A stretch of DNA of 58,316 nt, filler included, from Sphacelaria rigidula (taxonomy: Eukaryota): NCBI GenBank assembly GCA_964200075.2. It is 8 parts of 8 records of this genome, joined end to end, with 100 filler letters (N's around TTAATTAATTAA, not from the genome) between each part and the next. Parts side by side here need not be neighbours in the genome. Positions count along the whole stretch, not along the records: positions 43,815 to 51,015 come from CAXNAA020015989.1; positions 51,116 to 58,316 come from CAXNAA020015990.1; 6 more parts are not named here. One strand, written 5' to 3'. The notes under the pieces were generated by a model. The model was not told the origin of the DNA. It was given only the letters and a program-made list of their open reading frames with translations, and made no database searches. How positions within the stretch are numbered: position 1 is the stretch's first letter; each line of letters starts with the position of its first letter. Positions 48,301 to 58,316 of the stretch are shown piece after piece. A program made the translations under genes and the position numbers.

Positions 48301-51300
48301 CTCTGTATTCGTCCCAACGGTGAGAACTGCACAGGTGGCCACTGGGGTGCCTGCAACCTCATATTTGGACGTGACAGACCTTGTGCAACGTCTTTAACGT
48401 CCAAAATTGAGGTTGCAGGCACCCCAGTGGCCACCCGTGTGTTCTCGTTCGCTTTGACGAGGGTCGTTGAGCAGGTGTGGCCGTCGGCATGGGCGTATAC
48501 CCTGTCATTACCGCCGTTGGGGTTGGCCATGCGGTAGTATGGAGTGCTGACCTCGATGTCCATGCCACACGCAAGGCAGAGGAAGGGGACCTGTTTCCCG
48601 GCACCCTTCGGAACTGGCTTTGTCTGCTGGGATACAGACACGTGGGTAGTGCACACGGAGCACCACCTGTCGATATCGAACAAATCGGGACAAGGACGAA
48701 GGTATGGGTGCGGAAAATCTAGCGAGGAAAGTACGGAAGATAACGTAGTTATACTGTAAAAGAATGCGTGACGAACGGGTGTTGAACACGACGATGTCAA
48801 GCGAGTGGAAAAGGAAGGAAGTGGTATAATGGGGCGCTTTCGGTAATCAGGTTACTCCTCGATAAACTGAAAGTGAGAAAACCACCGGCCTGTTGGTAAC
48901 TGTGGCATTCTATAAAAGCAAGTACAGCATTTGGGAGTGTGTTGTATTGCGTTGACACAAAGAAGGTGGGAGCTCCCCTTCTAGCGCTCGTTTCCCATGT
49001 GTGTTGAATCGTGGGCTGAAAATGGGTGATATCAACTCCTGTGGGAGAGTACACCAAACACATGCATTAAATGGGCTGGGAACTGGACCAGTTGATACTG
49101 TATATCTTCATTGTTACTGGAGTTAGAGTGGAAATGGCTACGAGAGCGCCAGTTGTCCAGTTCATCTGGAGGTGTTGTGCCCCTTATCGTTACCAAGTAT
49201 TTTTATATTAATTTTATTGTGTGGAGTTAATAACAAAAAAACACTTTAGAGTAAAATGCCCTATTAGGCACACCATAAGCCGCCCCTGGCGCCAACGGCT
49301 GGTCTGATGCCAACTACTCGATTTACAACCAAAAATAGGTATCAGATGATGGCTAAGATCACTCACGACCTTTCTGGAGTAAGAGAAAAAAAATGAAGTG
49401 ATAGAGGCTGAGCGGTATATCATTCGTTCGCTCAAAAAAATCGCGAAATATGGGTGCTGGCCATATAGTCACACTTTTGCTCAACTAGTGATTGTGCACG
49501 TTCCGGAGTGTTTCAGAAACCCATATTTGGTATACATTTTTGTAAGGTCACTGGCGGCGATGTGAAAAAAACGGGGGATCACGCAGGGTCAGAACCGGGG
49601 GCGTAAATGGCATATCCCCGATTTCTCGGTCTTACAACGATGGGGCAAATTTACCCGTGTTTTACCCCTTCACATGCCCCGTGCACATGAAGCAAATGCC
49701 GAACCAAACAGTTGATGTTGAAATGACACTTTCGTAACATGTGAAAGCTTTGGGAAAACAAAACGTGCATTTTGGAACACATTTACGATTTTATGCTCAT
49801 TCAAACATGGGCACTTTTCGCCTGATTTCGCCTTTCGCTACAGTAAGAATGAACACCGAAATGCACCAAGGTCTAACAAAACAAAACACATTATTTCAAT
49901 GCCAAAGCATGCCGCTGAGTACACGCACCCCAACTGTAGTCACAGAAAAGAAATATCTATATATATATATATGTATCACGCCCAGGGGACAAAAACACGG
50001 TGTCCCTGGGTTTTTAGCCAAAGTTTGCCGTATCCCGCCCCCGTTCCAATGGAGGTGGTAGGATTCCCCCGCTCCACCGTAAGGTTATCCCTCTCAAGCC
50101 GAAAATACCGCTGAATGTGCTCTACCCCGAGTTCTCGCAAAATATTAAGCAGTTTGTAGCTGTTTTGACAAATAATTTTCCGACCCTCAAAGGTGAGGAA
50201 ATTTCCACTAGTTTTGCATACCGCTACGGCTAGGGTCCACTCCCGAAAACGCCGAGCTGAGCCTGCCATCACAAACACGGCTTTCAATCCCAATCGTGCT
50301 CATTGGCACGCATATCCATGCTATAGCAGTCGGAGGCAATACACAAAGACAACATAAGTAGAGAAAAGTGCGTAGATCAGGGGACAAAAATACCGCATCC
50401 CCGTTTCAAGTCGAAGGCTCCTGAACCCCGCCCTCATTTTCATGGTTGTGCTAGCATGTACTCCCTTTTCCCCCAACATTGCTCGCGGACAGAGTGAAAC
50501 ATACTGCCTCGCGTACCGACCACTCACAACCGAAGTTGTTTGAAGCTGTTTTGACTCTGCCGTTGTCTCAAAACATGCATGTGGCTTCGTGGTTTTGGCT
50601 ACCCGGTGCAAAAAATAAAAACGGGAGGCCAGAAATCGTCTAGTCTACACATCATGCATCTGCCAGGGCATTCGCTGCCATCCCGCCCTAGACACAGCGG
50701 GCAGCATCTGCTGCTGGTTCTGCCCCGCTCCTACCACCACCCCACCACCACGACCAGCTCCGCGTCCACCGACACCCCCCCTACGCCCGGGACTCCCCTT
50801 CCCTCCCGGCCACGGCCATCTCCGCGCCCCCTCACGCCCCTCCCGTCCACGGCTAGCTCCGCGCCCTCCCTCGCGCCCCTCCCGGCTACCGCCACCTGTG
50901 TGCCCCTGGTCTCTCGCCTGCTCCTCCCGCTGTTCTTCCCTGTGAGCACCAACACCGCGCCCCTCTCCCCCCCGCCCCCCCCCCCCCCCCGGCCCGGCCC
51001 CTCCCCCCCCGGGAANNNNNNNNNNNNNNNNNNNNNNNNNNNNNNNNNNNNNNNNNNNNTTAATTAATTAANNNNNNNNNNNNNNNNNNNNNNNNNNNNN
51101 NNNNNNNNNNNNNNNTATACACTGCCTTACGGATGTCTCACCATTTGAACACTACGTAGTACGATTATCCCCATTGTGCGGAGTTGAGTTTCTCCCACGC
51201 CGCACAACACGATCTAGCTCGACTACAATCATGGTTACCGCAAAAAAAACGCGAGCACGCGAAAAAACACGGTAACCTGGTTGCCTAGCTTCCGTAGTAA

Positions 51301-52291
51301 GTGGCGTGTTTTATAGCGTCATCGCCAACCGACGCCGACCCCATCGGGGGTCCGCTCCTACAAAGCCGGGACGGAGCACGCCGGGTTCTCGCCGGACCTG
51401 GTCACCACGGGGGGTTAAGCATTTGTTGCTTGCCCCAGTCGTTCGACCGTCGGCCAAGCATCCCTTTTGAGACGGAGCTCACCACTAGGGGGGGAGGCTA
51501 TGTTTCATTTCTTCAATGACTCAGTGCTACCAACGCTCGAAAAAAATGTAGGGGATCCTGTGCGGTGCGAGAATTTGCTTGTGCGTGCGAAGTTCCAGGA
51601 AAGTTGCGGGGAAACGTTCAGCATGCCCATGGCTTGCGGATAATGGTGGCAACAACCCGTACAGCACAGGAGAAAGCACGCGTGCGGGGGTACCGTTGAC
51701 CCTCGGGACGGTACAGTCCGGCATAAGTGCAACAACATAGCACAGTTCACGAACACCGGAGAGTAGTAGCACTCACCCCCCTCTCTCGTCTGCGCTACAT
51801 ACTATTCCACGTCTGTTGCAAACCCGCGCGTTTACCTCCCATGGTGAAGAACGCTAGAACCGAGCGAGAGCCAAACGAGGCTTACTGAAATGCACCAGGA
51901 CGGGCAGAGGAACCATCCAACCATCCTATCTGATACCCCACCACTGTTAGATTTCACGGTTCGGACCAATCATCGCCGGTTCGAAGCACCAAACCCACGA
52001 TTTTTCAGGCCTGATTGCTCAACAAAGAGAAAAAAAGAGTTGACCGCTTGTCAAAAAGGTCTCCGCGCAATTTTTGCGCCATTCCATGTGCCTGGGCTGC
52101 GCGTACCTGGGTTGCAACGCTGAAAACAAAGGTCAAGGATTGATTCGTACGGTACGAATCAATCACACTGAAAATCAAGTAATTTCCAGAATAATCATTC
52201 ATTCGTCCAACCCTTATTTAAATTTCATGTCAAAACAAAGACAGCAACCGCACTCTCAGGATCGGGCCGACATAACTAAGGTCCAAACGCC

Positions 52292-52590
52292 TCGCCCCGG
52301 TGGTGTAATTTAAAATGGTCCGACTGTCACCGTTAGGGTGGAGAGAACGTGGGATCGATTCCCGACGCGTTTATTTTTTTTTCTTTGAAGCACTTGATTT
52401 CCATCGTCGAAAGCGTGTGTACTTGGGCAAAGAAATATGTAGTTGACTGAGTTTGTTTGACGAGAGTTGACGCGGTGCGGGAGTGCTGACCCGATCCGCG
52501 GGACCAAAAAGCAAGGCGTGTATCGAGGAGAGATGGGTTGAAAGCCCGCGGACTCGTTTCCAGGAAGGGGGGGGGGGGTTGGAACTGCGA
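52292..52590 (+). mobile_element. SINE family B, near full-length copy
   Basis: cgccccggtggtgtaa...tggtccgactgtcaccgttagggtggagagaacgtgggatcgattccc plus the shared body. Confidence 0.78.
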
Positions 52591-52984
52591 CAAAAAAACA
52601 AACACACACACGCATGCTCGGTTTTCCACTAAAGGAGAGCCCCGAACGGGCGTAACCTCCCGTCATCAACAAGCAATGTGGCCACCATTCTCGCGTGAAA
52701 TATTATACCGCACGCGTTCATAATTCCAGTACTATTAAGACAAGTCAACAACCTGGCTTGACGTCCATCTCTTTTGCGCTCTGAAGATTCAATTAACGCT
52801 ACTCGTATGGCCCTGTCTTCTTTGGCCATGACCTCCCTTGTTCTTGTTGTGCGAGAATCCCGTGGTGTAATAACTACCAGCTTGGAAGTTACGCAAACAG
52901 ACCCCATCCGACCGTTTTTTGTTTCCCCATCGCTGACTCACAGGGTACCTTACATGTACTACTATTATACAAATGCAAACCAAC

Positions 52985-53228
52985 CTGCTTGAGTTCGAGC
53001 TGAATTAGAGTCCCCATAACCCCGACAGATCCCCCCGCCATGCCCGCGATCCAGTCGTTCGCCGTATTGATAGCCTCCAGGTTTACAGCCATCAGTGGCC
53101 CCACTACTCCCGCCGCGGCCGCCTCCACAGTCCTCGAGGATCCCGTCCGTCTTCCGTGCCCCTTATCTAGCGGAGGCATGGCCCTCGGTTTACACGTCCG
53201 CGACGGTCTCCTGTGCCCTCCCGCATCC
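52985..53228 (-). CDS. Exon of a probable ORANGE (OR)-like plastid protein (…NDWIAGMAGGSVGVMGTLIQLELKQ)
   Basis: CACAG acceptor, CAG|GTTGGT donor. The C-terminal part resembles the recalled plant OR segment 'IVASFSGGAVGVISALMVVEVNN' that precedes the DnaJ-type Cys-rich domain. The Cys-rich exon is not visible in this contig. Confidence 0.55.
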
Positions 53229-53426
53229 CTGTGTTGTGAGGTTGTCGACGACAGCGATTGGGGGGGGGGGGGGGGGGGGGGGGGAAAGGGGGGGCTAAGT
53301 TGGGGGCCACGAGAAAAAGAAAACACGTTCTCCGGGGGCAAAAAGAAAAAAAAACAAAGACNNNNNNNNNNGCGGTGGCGCCGCCCTCGTCCTCCCGCTC
53401 CCCCCCCCCCGCCTCCTCCCCTGTTG

Positions 53427-53481
<55 letters not shown>

Positions 53482-53629
53482 AGGAAAATGGGATGCTCAT
53501 ATAGCGGCAACGATAAACAGAAGACACGTTCTCCGGCTGAAAAAGGTACAAAGTACCACTACCGTATTTCAATTGTACTCACGGCATTATCCCGCTAGAA
53601 TGCCCCGTCTCATCGAGGCAGATTATATT

Positions 53630-53875
53630 ATTGAGAAATCATCGATTGCGAGAATGATGATGACGAACAGTCCACGCGTGGCAAACCGTACGGTTTACGT
53701 TCCCTCTCCAATTCTCGTTGGATTGTTCCTCCGTTTTCTTGAAAAACAATACTCATGAGCGATTTTTTTTTGTTGACAATGAGAGTGGGAATGGTGATGC
53801 AAGGGAAACGTCGAGTGGTTGCCACATGTGGGTTGTTCGTCATAATTTTTAGTCTCACAATTTCATTATCATATG
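53630..53875. mobile_element. Degenerate foldback element; related sequence at ~55945-56030
   Basis: atgacgaacagtccacgcgtggcaa / ttgccacatgtgggttgttcgtcat inverted arms. Confidence 0.6.
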
Positions 53876-54317
53876 ATCGTCCGCATAAGACGGGGCGGGG
53901 CCTAACATGGAGATATGAAACCGTGCACGTGCATGCAAGGGGCGGAATCATTACGCCCAGCTTTACTGTACCACTCGCCTCCGCCGCCCGCTCCTGGTTG
54001 CACCCCGGGAAGTATATCGAGGACAGTTTTAGAAGCCATGCCGTTCATCATCCGGAAGCACGTCGATACTATCCCCTCGCCCCCCCCCCCCCCCTCCCAA
54101 TCCCTTTCCAGGGTTGGCGTCGGTGGGCAACGACGTTGTAAAACACGCCACTTATAGTGCCTCAGTTAGGCAACCAGGTTCCCGCTTTTTTTTTTTTGCT
54201 TGCGTTTTTCTTTGCGTTAGCCATGATGGCGGTCAAGTCAGATCATATTGTGCGAGGTGGGAGAACTTCAACTCCGCGCAAGGAGAATGATCGCCCCACG
54301 TGAGTGTTGAAACGGTG

Positions 54318-54511
54318 CAAGGGCAGGTCGAGTGGAGTATACTCAATCGCGGGGTATTTTGGGAGTCGTACTTGTACACAAATTGGGGGTAGGGTTTAGG
54401 AATCGCTCTCCAATGATGTTTTGGGTACGACTCCTAACGCTCTACCCTAATTTGAGTACCTCAAGCTCAAAATACCCCGCAATTGAGTATACTCTACTCG
54501 ACCTGCCCTTG
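54318..54511. mobile_element. hAT-type MITE inserted in a family F repeat
   Basis: TIRs CAAGGGCAGGTCGAGTGGAGTATACTCAAT / ATTGAGTATACTCTACTCGACCTGCCCTTG. 8-bp TSD AAACGGTG/AAATGGTG. Empty sites GTGTTGAAATGGTGAGAT at ~33824 and ~34422. Confidence 0.92.
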
Positions 54512-54658
54512 AAATGGTGATACATCCATGGGGCCGTGTGAAATCTGTGGCTGTCTCCGGAAGTGGCGATACCAGAAAGTGAAGCAACCTATTCGAGACT
54601 GCCATCCACATACAAGAGGTGATGTGGGGTCAAGTGATGTTTCCCGACATCACCTTAA

Positions 54659-54762
54659 CCCTTAGACCGCGATATTAGTCTTTATGGATCATGCATACTT
54701 TTTTTCACTCGAAATTGATGCCGATTCAACAGAAGATTAAGATTAACCTCGCGGTCTAAGGG
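54659..54762. mobile_element. piggyBac-type mini-MITE (104 bp)
   Basis: TTAA|CCCTTAGACCGCGA ... TCGCGGTCTAAGGG|TTAA: 14-bp perfect TIR with a CCC terminus and TTAA TSD. Confidence 0.85.
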
Positions 54763-55539
54763 TTAACCAACTTCACGCGTGATACTGGTGATGTGGAGGA
54801 GAAATGTTTGGCCGTGTCACCGGTGCGCATCAGAATTTTTCCAAAGTTGCAAAATTCACACGAGCGTCATGTGCGTGAAGAAGCGCTGCTTAAAAAAAGC
54901 ACAACAAGCAAGATGGATGCAACGGCCTTCTTTCCTACCCCCACGTCGGTACCAATAGCTGTGTTCGATTCCCAGTGAAGCATGCGTTATGCCCAGAAAC
55001 GATAGCAAGAGTAAATAAACAGCACCGCATGGTGTTGAGATATGAGCTATGAACGCGGCTCGTCCGACTTTACTCCTCACAGCAAAAATTATATCGCGAT
55101 GCCGGTTTGACCAGGTTTGTCTGAACGCGGGCAAAACGCGGCTTGCATGGGGTGAGTTCCATGCTCCCTGAACAACGAGCTGTGAAGCCGAATCACGCTG
55201 CGCTACTGGCACAGGAATCCCGGGTGTTACCGTCAAAGCGGCAACGAACACCTGTTTAGCGATCATGCCCCGGATTTAGGGGATCCGAACGTGCTGGTAA
55301 TCTCGAGCTCAGATTACGGGAAAATCTCAGGATGATGGGATCAGGTGACCTCAATTCCGGTGATTTGATGCCTCGTCTCCTCGAGAAAAGAAAAGTGAGA
55401 ATGGAAACTTGATCTCGATAATGACGTCACGATTCACACCCTCATCATCACGAGAAATCGCCTCGTCTTTTTTATCGAAGGTGAAGAAAAAAGTGACTAC
55501 GATATGAGAATGTGATGACGTATAACGAGCGAACAGACC

Positions 55540-55815
55540 AGGGATTCCCAGAACGGCGGCGATCACGCACACCGTGCCTCGGCATGGTCGTAGGATCGGA
55601 ACGCGGACCGTATCTCGCGCGAGGAAAAGCAGCGAGAGCAGCGGCAGTGTCGGCGCCGGCTGATTCAGCACCACCCCCACCCGTTCTTGGCTGGTGGTGG
55701 TGCATCTGGTGGTATTCCTGCCGCTTCTCTTCCTCGTGCGAGAGACGGTCCGCGTTTCGACCGCGCGGTCATACCGATGAACCTTGCGCGTGATCGCCGC
55801 CCTGCTGGGAATCCC
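55540..55815. mobile_element. GC-rich foldback core (may extend to ~55400-56070)
   Basis: gggattcccag..cggcggcgatcacgc / gcgtgatcgccgccctgctgggaatccc and aacgcggaccgt.tctcgc.cgagga / tcctcgtgcgagagacggtccgcgtt. Confidence 0.7.
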
Positions 55816-58316
55816 TACCCGTACTGCCCGCCAATGGGTTCATGCATGCTCCCTAGGCATAGTGCTGGGAGATGCACTACCGCTGTACGGGTCTCTCTTC
55901 TATCTTGTGCACTCCGGGTGTGTCGTCCCATGTCCCATGTGTAACCATGAGCCAAACAGCCCACGCTTGGCAACCGTTTTACGTTCCCAATGCATTCTCA
56001 TCGGATTGTTTCTCCAGTCAATAAAATAATGAAAACACGATTGATTCCGATGATAAGTGATGTTGAGAACGGCTAATGATCTTCACAATCATACAGTGTT
56101 GTTCGTTTTTATTACGATGAAGGCATTTCGCTGAAATGATAATTCATCATCCGCGGCGTCAATTGGAGACGGCCATGCTCTAAGGCCTAAAATATGCCCA
56201 GACTAGAGGGGCAGACGTAATTGGAAGAGGGATCTTCACATCAGCACTGATATCTGGCGCTGCAGACCAGCCATCGCACGTTTGGCAGCCGGATGGGAAA
56301 GGATACACATTGCTGTGAAGGGGTAAGCGTTCATGGCACGATATGTATCGGCGCACAGTAATACCCTGACGAAGTTGACACTGTGTGTTCCTAGTGCCAG
56401 TCCAACGAGTACTGTGGTACTGACGGTACGACGCGAGCCACGCCTCGACAGGGCTAGAATACCCGCGATCCATCTGTGAAAATTTGTCATATTGCAACTC
56501 GCACTCTGTCTTATCCTGGAACCAAGTGACAACTCCGCACAAGAAAGATCACGCGCCTGCAAGAGAAAGTTAAATATCTTCACGTGGGAGCAAACCACCT
56601 AAGGATATCCGGTTGATTCCGTTGTGGATAAAACTACGGCAACTGCTCCGGTCATTCTCAGCCCGTCGTGATAACCGCCACGCCAAGTCTGGCACTGTGA
56701 GGGAGACGTTGCGCCCTGCCCGAGCAGGTCCGCAGTGGTCCGTGACAGAAGACACTCTTCTCCTTGGCTGCGTTGTGCGGCCGCGTCTTGCTCGGCGCAG
56801 CGTGAAAATCCAAGGGCATCTGCCTCCAACACATGGAGAACCTTGACGGTTATTTCACGCCTTGGAGCCAGCCTCGACCAACAGGGGGCCGATGTAAACA
56901 ACAAGGATGGCAAGATCTACTCCTGTCTCCGCGCGGACTTCATATCGTTACCATATATAATTGTCATTCAAAACTGTTCTTGTTTTCGGAATCGCTGCGT
57001 CATCGTGCAAGATCATCGTTTCAAGCCACGTAGCGCACAACACGCCTTGGGTCGCCGAAACTGCTGCGTCAACGCCTACCTGCGGCTCCAGTCCACACAT
57101 GCGTCAACTTTCAGTATCATCTGACGCCTGGTGCACTGTGTGGGGTAGAGATGTGCTCCATTTGAATTTCACAAACGGAGTGGATTTCGGATCTGTGGTA
57201 GCCGCATGCGCATCAGTTCGCGGAATGAAAAACGTGGCGGATATCCGGGTATCCGATTTGCAGACGGATTTCGAGGAAAACGAGCGATATATTCTCCTCA
57301 ACTTCCTCCACATGCAAGTTGTGCATGTCTGAAAGCGGTGGTGGAGTTTTGGATCACGTACCGCGAGTCAGATGCACAAATCGAACGAAGATCGAAGTAA
57401 AACAGGTTGACATTATCCACGCATTGTGGTGGCGATGTGCAAGAATTAACACCTTTTCCATGGCAAACCGGAAAAAACCAAGTCTGATCAGGACATGCAG
57501 CTTTCGCTAGACCACTACAAATCTCAGCTCGCGGATGATTCACTCCATGACCAGCTGCACATCGGCTGCTCCATCTCTCCCCGCCATGACACAACTTACG
57601 ATCTCACCAACAACTACTGGTGGCAACGACTCAATCGCATTCTTTTCCATCGAGAGCTGATCGAGTAGACTCCTCGGCCGCCTCCCAAGGATCCTAACGA
57701 AAAATCAGCGTTTCAAGCCGTTCCGGCTTTATTCTGTGTCTTCGTTGCGTCATAGTAAGCCCACTCTGCGAGAACACTCGCTCCGAGAGACATGGCGATG
57801 CCGGAACAGCCAGGGCGTTCGGAGCGACACGCGCAGTGAGTGTGTACTTGTGCGCATTCAGCGCCCATCACCCGAGCGACTTCTCGTCATGGCCAGAGCA
57901 CATTCCATCGTAACGTCCAGCATATGCAGGAACAAAACCCTCCCGCGGATTCATTTTCCAAACGGAGCGGAGCACATCTTTAGTGTTGCGGTGCCTTATT
58001 ATCATCATTTTGATTATTATTTCCGCACATTAGTCCGATCTCTCGAACGTGTGATCACAGACGCAGGCTCGTCTCATCAAAACCGTGCCCGCTATTCACA
58101 TGAAGTCCTTCACCATTTTTTCAGACTCTAGCCTCGTTACACAAGAACAAACGTAATCACAGGGGTGGTTCATTTCTTTTTAAAAGGAACATAACCCCCC
58201 AACGTTAAAAAAATCGAGGCAAAAAAGGAAAAAGGGGGTTCGTCAGGGGGGGTTGGGCGCCGGGCGGCGAGCCTGCGCTGGTTACTTGAATTTAGTGTAG
58301 CGGTAGACTACTTGAC

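Noticed and set aside
590..53228. OSCA-UFL1-TOR-ORANGE as a stress or nutrient gene cluster
   Set aside because: The genes lie on different, artificially joined contigs.
56870..56915. GADVNNKD ankyrin-like motif
   Set aside because: Isolated, with no TPLH or helix context.

Overview
Eukaryotic, intron-rich DNA, most likely a brown alga (Phaeophyceae). This is inferred from an ASAFAP-type light-harvesting leader, long repeat-laden introns and the repeat repertoire. The window is not one locus: it is eight unrelated contigs of 7201-7203 bp, sorted by length and joined by artificial 100-nt spacers (N-run, TTAATTAATTAA, N-run). Recognisable gene fragments are the 3' exons of an OSCA/TMEM63 channel (contig 1), six exons of the E3 UFM1 ligase UFL1 (contig 3), an isolated LHC/FCP-type signal-peptide exon (contig 4), the 3' exons of TOR kinase with its FATC domain (contig 5) and one exon of an ORANGE-like protein (contig 8). 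The rest is mostly non-autonomous mobile DNA: two tRNA-headed SINE families, hAT-, Tc1/mariner- and piggyBac-type MITEs (some nested, with verifiable target-site duplications), foldback elements, TIR elements containing tandem arrays, LINE remnants and a probable LTR-retroelement 5' end. I find no convincing novel multi-gene system. The best leads are the orphan LHC leader exon, the ORANGE-like exon, the array-carrying TIR elements and the Zn-finger-like ORF with an internal hairpin.
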